Below, piece by piece: positions 13,511-27,647 of a stretch of 64,000 nucleotides of DNA (position 1 is the first letter of the stretch; every line of letters starts with the position of its first letter). Under the pieces are notes generated by a model, which was not told the origin of the DNA, did no database searches, and worked only from the letters and a program-made list of their open reading frames with translations. Both the position numbers and the translations under genes were made by a program. Origin of the DNA: Octopus vulgaris (lineage: Eukaryota); the NCBI GenBank assembly GCA_951406725.2, contig OX597822.1:26226001-26290000 (forward strand), given 5' to 3'.

Positions 13511-14443
13511 CATTATTATTATTATTATCATCATCATTACTAATACAACTACTACTACTAATAATAATAATAATAATTATAATAATAATAATACTATTAC
13601 TACTACTACTATTATTATTATTATTTCTGCTTTTTGGAACAAGGCCGGCAATTTTTTGTAGGAAGGGGAAGTTGATTACATTGACCCCAATATTTGACTG
13701 GCACTTATTTTATTCTGTCTAAGAGGATGAAAGGTAAAGTGACCTCGACAGAATTTGAACTCAGAAAATAAAGCCAAAAAGAAAGCCACAAGAATCATTA
13801 GCATCATTCTGCCAAATAATAATAGATACTGAATAAGTTTCAATCTAGTAGTTATTGTTTAGTCCAGACCGTCTCTGATCCAGCAGACCAGCGTATGATG
13901 AAAGGCATTACTCACATAACCAGCCTGATGTTTTTTAGTGTACCTAGAACAACATTAATATATATCCTTTTGTTTTTTAAGATGATTATTCTCTTTAAGT
14001 TCTGGTGTATTAGTAAACTATTCTGGTGCAATAATATTGGTTTGTTGGTATTTTAAAGGTATATATGTATAGGTGTGCTTGTGAATGTATATGTGTATGT
14101 GTGTGTTTGTGCTTGTGTACTTACAAACCTATGTGCTTGATTGCCAAAACACTCTCTCATTACATATGCATGAAGAAAAAGAAAAATGTAAAACTGTAGA
14201 ACAAAAATCAAATCAAATAACCAACTTCTAAAGTAGACACGTCTTTGTAAATATCCACTCCTTTCTTTAGATATCTATTCCATTTGTAACCTTAGTAATA
14301 ATTACAGAACTTTTTTTCTTTTTTTGGTTTGTCAATAAATAATTAGTCTTCAACATTTAGTCCTGGACCAAGAGTGTTTTGCTAAACTGCCTAGCAAAAC
14401 AGACACAAGTTATGAGAAAGAACACACACACGTGCGCACGCGT

Positions 14444-14475
<32 letters not shown>

Positions 14476-15481
14476 AAGGATTCTGACTCATATGAGGAAT
14501 ATTTTCATCTGGCAACTAAATTAATAATTATTCAAGGTAATATGTTTTCTTCATTTAATTATCTATATCTGCAAACAGTCTGTTTTGGTATATTGTATCT
14601 CATCAGAGCAAAGTGCTCAATAATTAAGCAAATACATTCAAATACTTCAAAATAAAGACAGTAAATGTTTTCATTAAAATTTTGTTCTATATTTCTCAGA
14701 ATAGTAAAAAATAAAATAAAATTATGATGTTAAAACTTTTAGTTTAAAATCAAAATGTGAATGAATAAAGCATTATAAATTTTCCCTACTACAGGCTCAA
14801 AGTAGCTGGTCAGGTGTTCAAATATTGAGGAAACTTGGAAAATTACCATTTTTTTATTCATCCATCCAAACCATTTTGCCTGTGTATGTCCAAAATCTGA
14901 ACAGAAGACAACAGCTGTGAATCTATGACCCAGTTGTTTTTGTTATTGTTTAACATTTCTGATTTTGCAGATTTTGATCAAAAGCTTTCCAGCAGTGACC
15001 ATCAAGTCATTTTCCAATGTGCAAGAAACATAAGGTCACATTATAAATATTTCATTTTCTAAGATGTAGAAGAGTGGATTTAATGGAAATTTTGCTGAAG
15101 TTTCTATGATATTCCCGAAACGAGCAGCCCATAACCTCTTTTCAGGACTTTCATGAGTCGTAAGAAGAAGGAAGATGTTATCAGCAGAGCAGAAACTTTG
15201 GCTCAAATACTGGCAACAACATTACTGTACCTGTTTTGTATGGCATTCCTTACACCTTTAAATTTACATTCAGTATACAGATAATGTAAGCTACATCCAT
15301 TTCATGGAATGCTCCACATTCACTCTTCCACCACCAGAGATTAAGGTTACTGAACAGTACAACACAATTTGGTCAGAGCCTTGTGGGGACACTTGACATA
15401 TCGGACCTCCAGAGCATTCCTGATATCCCCATCAATCCAGGTCAGTTGATTTCCTGCATCATGGCTTGACTTCAGCTTCAC

Positions 15482-15790
15482 CATCATCATCATCATTTAA
15501 GGTCCACTTTCCATGCTAGCATGGGTTGGACGATTTGACTGAGGTCTGGCGAACCAGACTCCAGTCTTGGCAGAGTTTCTACAGCTTGATGCCCTTCCTA
15601 ACACCAACCACTCCGAGAATGTAGTGGGTGCTTTCGCATGCCACTGGCACCAGGGTCAGTTTGGTGGTACTGGCAACGGTCATGCCCAAATGGTGCTTTT
15701 TGTGTGCCACCTGTACAGGAGCCAGTCCAGCAGCACTGGCGACGACCTCGCTCGAATGTTTCACATGCCAATAGCACAAGTGCTAGTAAG
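15482..15790 (-). mobile_element. RTE-tailed non-autonomous element (family R)
   Basis: Shares GGTTGGYGTTAGGAAGGGCATC and the tail CCAACCCATGCTAGCATGGAAA..TTAAA(TGA)n with eight or more other copies. Confidence 0.8.
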
Positions 15791-16342
15791 CCGGTTTGCA
15801 TTTGTCCACTGCCTTCTAGTTAACTGATAGAAACCAGTCAGTACTTCAGCAAAGTCTTCAGCTAGCATCCTCTATCACTGGGAAGGTGCAAACTCCATTT
15901 GGAGAAACAAACAGCTTTCTTAGTGATGAATTTTTATGTTGCTGATTTATAGAATCTTGCAAGAGTGAGTTTTGCTTAAAGGCAGCAAAGGACAAAGTGT
16001 AAAGTGGTGGTATCAAACTGTGTGATAGATTAAGTACTAGTTTAGCTAATGCAAAGTGTATCAAAACAACATTGATTTTTTGACAATGCATCAAGTCAAA
16101 GCAAAGCAAGCAAAACAGCAAAACAAGCATGGACAAATCTTTTCCACAGCAACTAATTGTTGCTTTACTGAAAATATTTCTTCAAGCAAATAAAGATGAA
16201 AACATGTTCTTATAACTAATTCAATAAACATGCATACACACATACCTCACATATATATATAGTTACATAAACACATAAATACATACACATACACACACAC
16301 ACATGCATATATATACATACATGTGTGTGTTTGTGTGTACAT

Positions 16343-16394
<52 letters not shown>

Positions 16395-16825
16395 ATATAA
16401 AGAATCAAAGGTCTTCCCAAACCATAGGTTCATAATGTTGGTTTTCCAGATTCTGTCATTTATATGTCTCCAGTCCCATAATGGGGGGGGGGGGGTGCCA
16501 ATCCAGTGCAGGATTACTTACTTTTGCCAGCTGAGTGGACTGGGCTCCACTAGAGGATGACACAGAGCTGATAAATGGTGAATTTACACATTTTACCATA
16601 AGCAAGAATCTTTTTCTCCTCAGTAAACTGTAGTGAAATTGAACCTTCACATTTAAATTAAACTAAAGTTTTATGGTGCAAATGGTTTTCGTTAAGTGGT
16701 GTTGAGTTTTACAATTCTGTAAATAATAATAATGGTATTTTTTTTTAAACTTAAAGCTTATAGCAATCACTGTGCAAATGACTAAGGAAAATAGTCTAAT
16801 AATGGGGTATATAAGCCCTCAACAG

Positions 16826-16918
16826 AAAAAAGTAGGCTTCCCCGTATGCATGGGACATGAACCCACATCCTTTTGTTAATGCGACTATGTGTGTTACCAA
16901 TTACACCAGTGAACCAGC
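16826..16918 (-). other. tRNA-like Pol III cassette (probably a SINE head)
   Basis: A box TGGTGTAATTGG, B box GGTTCATGTCC and a downstream T6 run; no convincing cloverleaf. Confidence 0.55.
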
Positions 16919-17246
16919 CTGCTCCTTTCTGTCAAATTTAAGAACTATATTAGTTCATAGCTGTTTTTGTGAACAAACTTTATGTGCTTTCGGTGCAAAT
17001 GGTTTTTGTTATGTGGTGTCAAGTTTTACAATTGTGTAAATAATAGTAATGGTATTTTTTTAATAAGTTTAAAGCTTATAGTGATCACCATGCAAATAAC
17101 TAAGGAAAATAGTCTAATAATGGGGCGTATAACCCTCAACAGTAAAAAGTGTGTACAAGAAAGCCTATCTTTTTCGGTTGAGGTGTTTATATGTCCCATT
17201 ATTAGATTATTTTCTTTAATCATTTGCACGGTGGTCACTGTAAGCT

Positions 17247-17465
17247 TTAACATTTTCTTTACCAACCTGGCTGAAACTGGCTCTGGCTCTGAGTACAAAT
17301 ATCTTGTTTTCATAAGTTTTGAATTAAAATCTGCCACCAAACCAAAATTTATGTTCCTAACAATAGCTTAATAACTAAGTTATTTTACTAAATATTTTGT
17401 TATATTAAAATTAATTGAAAGAAACGCAGAGCATCACAAAATAAATACAGTAACAAAAGGGTTAA
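17247..17465. mobile_element. TTAA-flanked (piggyBac-like) MITE
   Basis: TTAA-CATTTTCTTTACC...GTAACAAAAGGG-TTAA; the host repeat resumes on both sides. A related copy lies at 32669-33100. Confidence 0.7.
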
Positions 17466-17735
17466 GCTTATAAAAAATACCATTATCATTATTTACAGGA
17501 TATATATATTTGTATATATATGTGCATATATGTATGTATTATTTGACTGCTAGCTGTATTATACATAGCATAATTATGTGTAGTAACAATGGATTCTTAT
17601 TACAAAAAGAAAAGCTATAGTCTGTCATTGTATTCAATTGATTTAGAGAGAAAAATATAAGCGAGAAGCCTCAAACCAATAAATCTCCATTGTTTTTTTT
17701 TTCTCTTTTCTCCATTTCTATGTTTGCCTGTGTAG

Positions 17736-17758
17736 GAGTGTTGTACATAAATACTGAG
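17736..17758 (+). CDS. Candidate 23-bp micro-exon (phase 1 to 0; xGA-VLYINTE)
   Basis: Long pyrimidine tract plus TGTAG acceptor, AG|GTATGT donor; only one frame is open and it is phase-compatible with 24177-24233. Confidence 0.33.
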
Positions 17759-19539
17759 GTATGTATTTGAAGACATGTAGCCTAGTGGTTAGAATGTTCA
17801 GCTCATAATCATAAGGTCACGGGTTCAAAATCTGGACATGGGAGTGCATTGGGTCCTTGAGCAAGGCACTTTGATTATGTTGCTCCAATCTACTCAGCTG
17901 TAATGGGTGTTAGCTGGGTCCTGGTGCAGCCCCTTCTCTCTCTTTCTCTCTCTCTCTATCTATCTCATTTACTCCCCCAACTATACAGACCCCTAAAACA
18001 ATAAGTGAAATGGTACATGTTAACAACCTATATTCACTTCAGAGTGGTAGAGATCTAAATGTGCTGGAATTTTCAAGCTCTCCTTTGAAAGCACAAGAGT
18101 TTAACATCTTTGTCCTGTGAAATGCCAATGATAAAAGGTGACCTGTCACCCTAGTCTCTGGTTCACACAGACATGCTGCTTCTGCTCTCTGTCTTTTCAA
18201 CCAGTACTTCTAAAATGGCCTCTGTATTTCAGAGCAGGATGGTCTCATACCACAACCATTCAGGCACTCCTGGTTTACCTACCTCTCCTCCTATCATCAA
18301 TCATATAATGTCCAACCCACGAGGCTCTACAATAACCATTATATCCAGTCCTTCTTACCTAGAAAAGTCATCCCTTTGGAAGTCACTTCCCTGTTCATGG
18401 ATTCATATCTTTTCCTACAAATGTTGGCTTACAGTAATTTAACAACATGAGTTTTACACTTCTTGGACATCTTACATAGGTAATGGTCACTGCCTCTTCA
18501 GCCAGACCCAGATGGTAAACAAAAAACAAAAAAGAAACAACACTTGGTGTAATTTCATGGAGAATTGACTGCTATTTCTAGCAGGTTGAGCATAAGCTAA
18601 AAGTTCTCTCTTATGTTCTGAACAGATGCCTTCTTTACAGGGTACAGTGTTAGGATTATTTTTTCCCTACCCTTTACGAAATTTCCTGTGTTACTTCTTA
18701 CATCATGTTGTGTGACCCACTCTTCATAGTAATTCTATACATATATATATATATATAATAGAATGGAAGGCAGTGGATGATGCTGTGTAGACTAAAGATA
18801 ATCAGTGGCCCAAAAATAATTTGGGGAAAATAGTGATCTAGGAGACATCATCATTCTATAGTCTGCTGCTGAAATTGAAGCCAACACTACCAGCACCACC
18901 ATCATCATCACCACCTCCACCTCCACCACCACCACTACCACCCCTACACACACTCTCATTCCCTCACCACCTCATCTCTTACACCCACCCACGCTCCCTT
19001 ACACCCCCTCCCATTAAAATGCCAACAGTGTAAATCCCTACCATATATGATAACATTCCTATATATTATATCATGATAACTGATATTAATATTTTGGTTG
19101 CAAACCAGCAAGCTGTGTGATACAAAAGTGAAATAAATAAATGAATAAACAAACAAACAAACAAACAAACAAACAAACAAATAAAAAAAGGTAGAGTTTG
19201 GGCTGTCGCCAAATTTTATCTCGCAGCAAAAAAATAAGTAAATAAATATATAAGATAAAAGATTTTTGATTAGCAAAGCTACTTACGTATCACTTATAAA
19301 TCAGTAATTATGACATTCCCATTATGTGACTCCTTTAATTTGCTCTCTCTATTTTCTATTATTAATGATGTGCTTATATCATTCAGGACATACCTCTACT
19401 ACCATTTTTGTAATTATACAGATGGACAGGTGCTATAGCCAAACGATTGCTTTGATACATTAAATATAAGCTGGTGTTCATCATCACCAACATCACCACC
19501 ACCACCACCACCATCATCCTCATCATCATCATCATCATC

Positions 19540-19762
19540 ATCATTGTTATTTTATTGTTCACTTTCCCATGGAATTCGTTGAGACACATTTTCTATACAG
19601 CCGGATACCTTTACTGTCACCAACCCTCATTTGTTTGCAAACAGGCAAACGTTTCACTTTGACTAGACGTGTTTTCACAGGAAGATTGGAAATGAAGGAC
19701 ACTGCTTGTATGATGGTGACACTTATTTACAACCATCATATAACATGTCAAGACAAGGAAAC
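19540..19762 (-). mobile_element. Old interspersed repeat with RTE-type motif (related copies near 22660-22830, 35055-35300 and 45085-45310 on plus)
   Basis: Shared TTCCARTCTTCC...ATATTACCTTGCTTGGAAAC.GGTGAGG.TTG..AC AGGAAGGGCATCC block. Confidence 0.65.
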
Positions 19763-19791
19763 ACACTAACACACATATGTACACACACATG

Positions 19792-19823
<32 letters not shown>

Positions 19824-19908
19824 CACACAATTATCCACATATTCATATATATATATTTGCATAATTTCGACGACAATTTATTCACTGCGACCTATATATA
19901 TACATATA

Positions 19909-20271
19909 TCATCATCATCATCATCATCATCGTTTAACATCCGTTCTCCATGCTAGCATGGGTTGGACGGTTCGACCGGGGATCTGGGAAGCCAGAAGGC
20001 TGCACCAGGCTCCGGTCTTATCTGGCAATGTTTCTACAGCTGGATGCCCTTCCTAACGCCAACCACTCTGTGAGTGTAGTGGGTGCTTTTTACGTGCCAC
20101 CTGCACTGGTGCCAGGCGAGGCTGGCATTGGCCACGGTCGGATTGGTGCATTTTACGTGCCACCTGCACGGAAGCCAGTCGAGGCGGCACTGGCTTCGGC
20201 CACGATTCGGATGGTGCTTTTTACGTGCCACCGACACGGAAGCCAGTCGAGCGGCACTGGCATTGGCCATG

Positions 20272-20272
<1 letters not shown>
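19909..20272 (-). mobile_element. Family R element (near-identical subfamily to 54517-54930)
   Basis: Shared internal units and (CAT)n tail on the plus strand. Confidence 0.85.
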
Positions 20273-20310
<38 letters not shown>

Positions 20311-20679
20311 TTATATATGTATTTATATGTATGTATGTATGCATGTTGGTATGAATATATGCTCATCTACATACATATGGATTGTTAATGAATGTTATTG
20401 AAAAGTTTCAGCTGACTGAGTTGTCCTGATGCCAGCAGTTTTCACGTTTCACCACACTAACCTCTCATTGGCACTTCACTGCCACCTCAGCAATGATACT
20501 GAACTGGAATTCAAACTGCAGAGTTTTCGTATCCCTGTAAATATGCACGCAAACATCCACCTGCTGCGGAGGTATGTTTGCAGCAGTAATTAGTGAGGAC
20601 TCTCTCTCTCTCTTTCTTTCTCTCTCTATATATATATTAGTGACAAATGTTGTCAAGAATAAAAGACAATATAAACATA

Positions 20680-20715
<36 letters not shown>

Positions 20716-20845
20716 TGTATGTATGTATGTATGTATGTCTGTATGTATGTATGTATGTATGTATGTATGTATGTATATATATATATACAGTTTTACATAT
20801 TATATATATACACACACACATATATATATAATAATATATATATAT

Positions 20846-21002
20846 GGAGTGGCTGTGTGTTAAGTAGCTTGCTTACCAACCACCTGGCTCTGGGTTCAGT
20901 GCAACTGTATGGCACCTTGGGCAAGTGTCTTCTACTATAGCCTTGGCCCAACCAAAGCTTTGTCAGTGGATTTGGTAAACAGAAACTGAAAGAAGCCTGT
21001 CA
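20846..21002 (+). mobile_element. SINE family A, 5' half
   Basis: Homology to the full-length copies. Confidence 0.85.
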
Positions 21003-21032
21003 TATACATATCCATATATATATATATATATA

Positions 21033-21985
21033 TACAGAGTGCATAAGATATTTGAGTACAGATTTATGTTTATAAAATATGAGATATATGATAACAGATA
21101 ATAACTTTATTTATCAAAAAATGCTCTGAGGATAAAAATAAACCTTCTTTTCTATAACGTTATTCAATAAAGCCACCTTTAGCTTCAACAACTGCTTCTA
21201 TATGAGATCGAGATCATCTACATGCTTGAATCAAGTGGTCCTGGTTCATTTTGGACATTACTCTGACTATGGTATCCTTCAAAGAATCTTTGCTGTTATG
21301 GGCATGTGCATTGACCTCTCTCTTAACAACACTCCACATGTAGTAGTCCGATGAATTGAGATCTGGGGAATTAGAAGGCTAAATGTTAGAGGTTATGTGA
21401 TCATGAAAATTTTCAGCCATCCATTCCTGTGTTACTAGAGCCATATGTGATAGCACAGAGTCTTACTGAAGCACATATGGCCTTCCATTGCATGCACTGT
21501 CTATCCAGGGCTTAACAAATATTTCCAGGACCTCAATGTAGGAGGAAGAGTTAACTCTAAGGCCTTGTGGAAATAATTAAGGAGGCATTACATGTCCTTC
21601 ATTGCTGACAACCCCTAAAACCATGACAGTTTCAGGAAATTTTGTATGCATAACACTTGGAACTTCAGAAGGGTCTGCACATAACCATCTGTCATTCCTC
21701 CTGTTAACTTTTTGATCTTGGTTGAAGTTTTTCTTGTTTGAGAAAAGCCAAATCAAATCTTCTGCTGGATTTTTCAGTTTGTTTAAGAGCCTTTTAGATC
21801 TGATGAAGTGATTTTCTTTTGCTTTTTCTGACAAATTAATCTTTCCTCATCATATGAGACATATATCTGATGTTTACGTGGACAAAATTTCTGACTGTTC
21901 CTTCTAACACATGGTGATCTTTGGCAATTGACCTCATGGACTTTCTGGGATTGTAATCAATGGTCTGTTGAACTTGCTTTTTTCA
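21033..21985 (-). pseudogene. Tc1/mariner DD37D (maT-type) transposase remnant with one end at TA-CAGAGTG
   Basis: LFSNKKNF..VMVLGVVSNEG..PYVLQ*DSVLSH..*PSNSPDLNSSDYY; 37 residues counted between the second and third catalytic Asp; in-frame stops. Confidence 0.92.
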
Positions 21986-23092
21986 ATTTCTTATCACACA
22001 CATAACCATAGGCATGGCTTTGTGGTCAAGAAGTTTACTTCCCCAGTCTGACTACAGTCTCGTGAGTTGATTGGGTAAATGGGAACCGAAAGAAGCCCAG
22101 CTTTATATGTGTATATATCATCATCATCATCATCATCATCATTGTTTAACATCCTCCTTCCATGCTGGCATGGATTGGACGGTTTGACAAGAGCTGGCCA
22201 GGCAGGAGCCTGTGTCATGCTTCTGTTTGTTATGGATGGATGCCCTTCCTAACACCAACCACTTCGTAGAGTGGGCTGAGTACATTTTACATAACACTCA
22301 TACAGACAAGGTCAGTTTGGGTGTGTGGTTTTTACAGTTGGATGCCCTTCCAAATGTCAACCACTTTACAGTGTGGACTGGGTGCTTTTTAAGTGGCACT
22401 TGCACTGGTGGGGGTCACCAAGTGATTTTGCAAGACAAAGAGTCTTTGAGAGAAGAGAGGGCACTGGAGGAGGTGATATTGTATCAAATGATGAAAGATT
22501 GGAGTGTGACAGAGAAGCAGAAACAGATGTCTTGCTGTAGAGGAGATCCATGGTTACCCAGCTAGAGAGAGGGAGAGAGAGAGGAAGAGAAAGAGAGAGA
22601 GAGAAAGAGAGGTGTGTGTGTATATGTGCATGCATATAAGTGTGTATGTTTGTAATGCTTCGTCCTGATATTAAATGTTTGTTGTAAATGAATATCACTG
22701 TCACACAAGCAGTGTTATTTATTTCCAATATTCTGTGAAACAATTTCTGGCCCAGGGGAAATATTACCTTGCTTGGAATCGGGTGAGGGTTAGAAACAGG
22801 AAGGGCATCCAAGGATAGAAATCAAGCCAAAATCAAACTCCCAAAGGAGACACAGACCTTCACACTCCTTAATATGTGTCAGGTCTGAGAGTGGCAACCT
22901 GTTAAACTCATGGCAACATGAAAAGATGCCATAAAACAATGATGGGAGATGATGAGGATGCATATATATGTGTGTATATACACATACATATCTTTAGTTT
23001 ATTTATACAATCTTTGTATTTATACAAACACCTGTTTTGATCAAAGATGTTATTGAGTATGTATATGTATGTACATATGCATGTATATATAG

Positions 23093-23285
23093 GGCAATGA
23101 GCTGGCGAAATGCCTTGTGATATTTCATCTGCCATTACATTCTGAGTTCAAATTCCACAGAAGTCAACTTTGCCTTTCATCCTTTCGGGGTTGATTAAAT
23201 AAGTACCAGTTACACACTGGAGTCAATGTAATCAACTTCAACCCTTTATTTGTCCCCTCTATGTTTAGCCCCCTGTGGGCAATAA

Positions 23286-23287
<2 letters not shown>
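23093..23287 (+). mobile_element. SINE family B
   Basis: Homology to 29579-29812. Confidence 0.8.
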
Positions 23288-23344
<57 letters not shown>

Positions 23345-24176
23345 TCTTATATTTTGTTGTGTCTAGGGAGAGTGTTTATGTCAATATTGGTTAGACATGC
23401 ACTGGCTGAATTCCACTCCTTCATTATTAGTTAATTGGTTAAACATCCAACTAACTAATTGATTCTTTGTTTAATATACATTACATAAACACATATATGT
23501 ATTATATATATATATATATCATATATACATATATACATTTTATATATATATTATGCACACACTCATATACATATACCATATTGATATATTCATATAACTA
23601 TATGTATAGCATGTTTTTTTATGTTTATTCACATAAAATGTGCCAATACTTACCTATGGTAGAAACATAAAAATGCTTGTGATTTTTTTCGTATTGTGAT
23701 TATGATTTGAACTCCGTATCTAATGGTATGACATCAACAGCCACCCTCATACCAAGTGTGACCATTGCCTATTGATGACAGCTTTTATCTCCAGTATAGA
23801 GACTAATAGTATAAAATCTTTGAGTATGGTTCAAATGAAGCAGAAACCAGTCATTTGTCATTTATATACCAACTTCAAACTGTTCCAATTTTGTATGCAA
23901 CAAATAAAGAAAAATGAAAAATGATAATAAATGAAAACACAGAGAAAAATATATATATATTAAAGAAAAAACATCTATTTCAAATTTATTTTGCTACATA
24001 TGAAATATTCCTTTTGTTAAATATTTTTATTCTTCAGTTTGTTTTGTTTTTTTTATGGTAATGGCTGTGTGTAAGGGTTTGCTGAAAGGGGTTCCGTCTT
24101 TTTTTTTTTTACGTTCAACACCCCCATATCTTTCTTTTCTTTATTTATTTTCTCTTCGGTGAATTTCTTATACCAG

Positions 24177-24233
24177 GATTCAAGTTCTTCAGATGAGAAA
24201 GAAGACATGAAATATAATAGAACTATATCAATG
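24177..24233 (+). CDS. Candidate 57-bp symmetric internal exon (DSSSSDEKEDMKYNRTISM)
   Basis: Pyrimidine tract plus CCAG acceptor, ATG|GTGAGT consensus donor, length a multiple of 3, open frame, repeat-free flanks. Protein not recognised. Confidence 0.5.
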
Positions 24234-24857
24234 GTGAGTTTTGTAAACAATAGTCAGGGAAATAGAACTTTTTTCTTTGGTACTTTTCATATCTCGAAAA
24301 AAAAAAGAAATTATAGAAATTTGGCGAAAGAAAAATATAAGAACCAAAAAATAGCAGAAAATACTCCTTCGTTAATAAAAGGAAATAGAAACAAATATTG
24401 GAGAGAAAGAAGAAAAAAAGCAATTATTTAATTAAGGTTCACACTTATGCTTCATTTTAATTTATAAATTTTTTTTTAATTTTGGTGTTTTGTTTTTCAT
24501 TTTTATTTTTTTCCCTATTTAATTTTATTGTTTTGTTTTACATTCGTTTTTCTTTGTCTTTGTTTTTCCTACTTAACCATAATTGCAGAATGTTTGTTGG
24601 AATAGATTATTAAAGAAATAGAATTGATAAAACTGAACTGAAAGGAAAACAAATAGAAATGGAAATATACTTCTGTTCTTATGTTCAGATCAAATAGTTT
24701 ATCATAACCTGTATCTAACACTTGAACACATCAACTGCCATGGCCTGTTACAGGCAGTTGTGTCAAGTTTGTGATGAACCATTGGTGTAATATGTGGCAG
24801 TTAAAGTGAGAAGTTACTGTAACAAGCCTAGCAGCAATTCCCATATCAGCTGCAAAA

Positions 24858-25300
24858 ATCAAAATCAAATTCGATGACTAGCATCTGTGCTAGCAGGGTG
24901 CAAAGAGCACCATATGAGTGTGATCATTGACAGAGCGGCTAACCGGCTGCCGTGCCAGTGGCACTTAAAAGGCACCATTCGAACATGATCGTTACCAGCA
25001 TTGCCTTAAAGAGCACCATCCGAGCGTGATCGTTGCCAGTATCGCCTTGCTGGCACCTGTGCCGGTGGCATGTGTAAAAGATTTGAGCGAGGTCGTTGCC
25101 AGTACCGCCTGACTGGCCCCATGCCGGTGGCACATAAAAGCACCCACTACACTCTCGGAGTGGTTGGCGTTAGGAAGGGCATCCATCTGTAGAAACTCTG
25201 TCAGATCAAGATTGAAGCCTGGTGCAGCCATCTGGTTCACCAGTCCTCAGTCAAATCGTCCAACCCATGCTAGCATGGAAAGCGAACGTTAAACGATGAA
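24858..25300 (+). mobile_element. Family R element with several diverged internal ~60-bp units
   Basis: Repeated GTGCC.GTGGCAC.TAAAA..GCACC units; tail CATGGAAAGCGAACGTTAAACGATGA. Confidence 0.85.
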
Positions 25301-25899
25301 TCAGATAGTATTTATGTTCTTCACATCAATGTGATATCTGATTCTGAAGAGCTTAAGAGATGTAATGTGTGAAGTTGGGAATGGTACTTTTGTCAGTAAA
25401 AAGTTGGAACTAAGTTTTTGAGAATGGGTTCAAAAAAGATATCAACAATAATAATTCTATTTTATCACAAATAAAGCATGAAACCTAACAACAACAGCTG
25501 TAGTAATACTAACAGCAGCTCCATAGTCTCATTCCTCTGGATGTACACAATTTATTAGTTTTTTAATGGCATAGTCAAAGGAGAAACAACAGCCCTCATG
25601 ACTCCATTTAGGTGCCTCAGAACTGGTGGGAGACACAGAAAAAGATAAGTTTAGGATGAATATCACTCAAATGCTTCCAGTAAAGCATGCTCAACTGAAG
25701 ACTCACCAAGGACAGGTATTGGTTGTAGCAAACAGTGAGAAATAAAAATTTATAACAAAAACCAGAGTCATTAGCACAGGTGTTTGAGTAACTGAACACA
25801 GGGAAAAGTGCTTACATAAAAACTTCTTTCCATCACATATGTAGTAATCTCTTTTGTCTTTAAGAAACTTTTTGTATAATTAATATTTATTTTTTTTTT

Positions 25900-26025
25900 G
25901 TACTTGTTTCAGTCATTTGACTGCGGCCATGCTGGAGCACCGCCTTTAGTCGAGCAACTCGACCCTGGGACTTATTCTTTTTGTAAGCCCAGTACTTATT
26001 CTATCGGTCTCTTTTTGCCGAACTG
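25900..26025 (-). mobile_element. SINE family A, 3' part
   Basis: Homology to the full-length copies. Confidence 0.85.
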
Positions 26026-27344
26026 TTATTAACTAAAAAAAAATCTTTCTCCAAATATATTCATATACATTCTTATATATAAATATATAATATATATATT
26101 ACAGATATAGGGTGAAAAATCATTAATTTAATAAAATCAACAAATTTCACCTAGTAGTGTTTCGGTATGGAAAAGGACCATATTCGGTAAAAACTTATAC
26201 AAAAAGTTTTTTTTATATATAAATATAACAATAAGGGTTTAACCACAAGTTGCTTGACCACATACTGAAAATTTTAGAAATAGCATCTTCAGATTTATAA
26301 TTATCGAAATATTATGTTGACAAAGGAAATGAGTCTTATTATTCTAATCCAGAAACGTGTCCATAATTAATCGAAGACTATTTGATTTCATTATAGTTGA
26401 ATGCTTAGATTTAAAATAGATAAACAACAATACCAACACTAACCAGTTTCTGTTGCCTAGACCAGTCCTGATCAGAGGGACTATGATAAAGACATTCCAA
26501 CCATACTTATCCCATCCAGGTTATATATTATCTAATACATTCTTCATATTTTTAATTTGGTAGGGTATGATATGAGGGTGATTCGGGATTTTATTTTTAG
26601 TTGGTTGAACCAATTGGCTGTAAAATTTGTGTGAACTAGCCATAGGTATAGCCATGTGGCTATAAAGTTTATTTCACAGATGTGTGGTTCCAGGTTTAGT
26701 TTCTTTGTATAACACCTTACACAAGATGTGTCTTCTTCCATAGATTTATGTCTACCATAGAGTGCATTGTATAAAAATACCAACAAAAAAGATTTTTTTA
26801 AAATAAGAAAACTTAGCTAAAATAAAACATCTAATGTAATTTTAAAATTCTCTTAGCCATAGTAATATTGTTAACATCATACAAACAAATTATCTAATTT
26901 ACAGAAGCCGTAATATTTTCATGCAAACAGAATAAAGCTGAGAAACATTTACCTCAGATCATAATTAAATCTGTTCAAACATTAAATTGAAGCATATGGT
27001 TTCAAGTCCCATTCAGTACTCAATTCAATTTTATTTTCATCTGCGTACCACATTTAGATTTCATATACGCATAGATTTAATTATATCGGATGTAAACAAG
27101 AATATGAATTGTCACCTTAATGTAATTTCTAAATTCTCTTAAAGGCTGACTTCATATGAAGACAATGTAATATTTCTGCAAACAGTGTCTAATATAAAAG
27201 TGATTCCTATATACGGAAATATAACTCAATAATGGATACATGCTTTCCATAAACATTAGTAATGTTCTCAATGTAGGTGTGTAATCGACTCATGTAATGT
27301 AAGTAAAACTAAAAGGAAAACATGTAGGCGATATTCTTTTTTTT

Positions 27345-27597
27345 TATTCTTTTATTTGTTTCAGTCATTTGACTGTGGCCATGCTGGAGTACCACCTATG
27401 GTTGAGCAAATCGACCCCTGGACTTATTCTTTGTAAGCCTTGTACTTATTCTATTGGTTGCTTTTGCCGAACTGCTAAGTTACGGGGACGTAAACACACC
27501 AGCAATGGTTGTCAAGCGATGTCAAGGGGACAAACACAGACACACAAACATATACATACATACATACATACATATATATATATACATACATACATAC

Positions 27598-27647
<50 letters not shown>

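Larger units (their letters stand above)
16670..17500. repeat. Composite of ~155-bp direct repeats (16670-16825, 16990-17150) and an inverted copy (17185-17500) interrupted by a MITE
   Basis: Direct and reverse-complement alignment by eye. Confidence 0.8.

Noticed and set aside
26143-26195. Hammerhead-like fold on minus (CCGAATA..GAAA)
   Set aside because: The core deviates at positions 4 and 8 without compensation.
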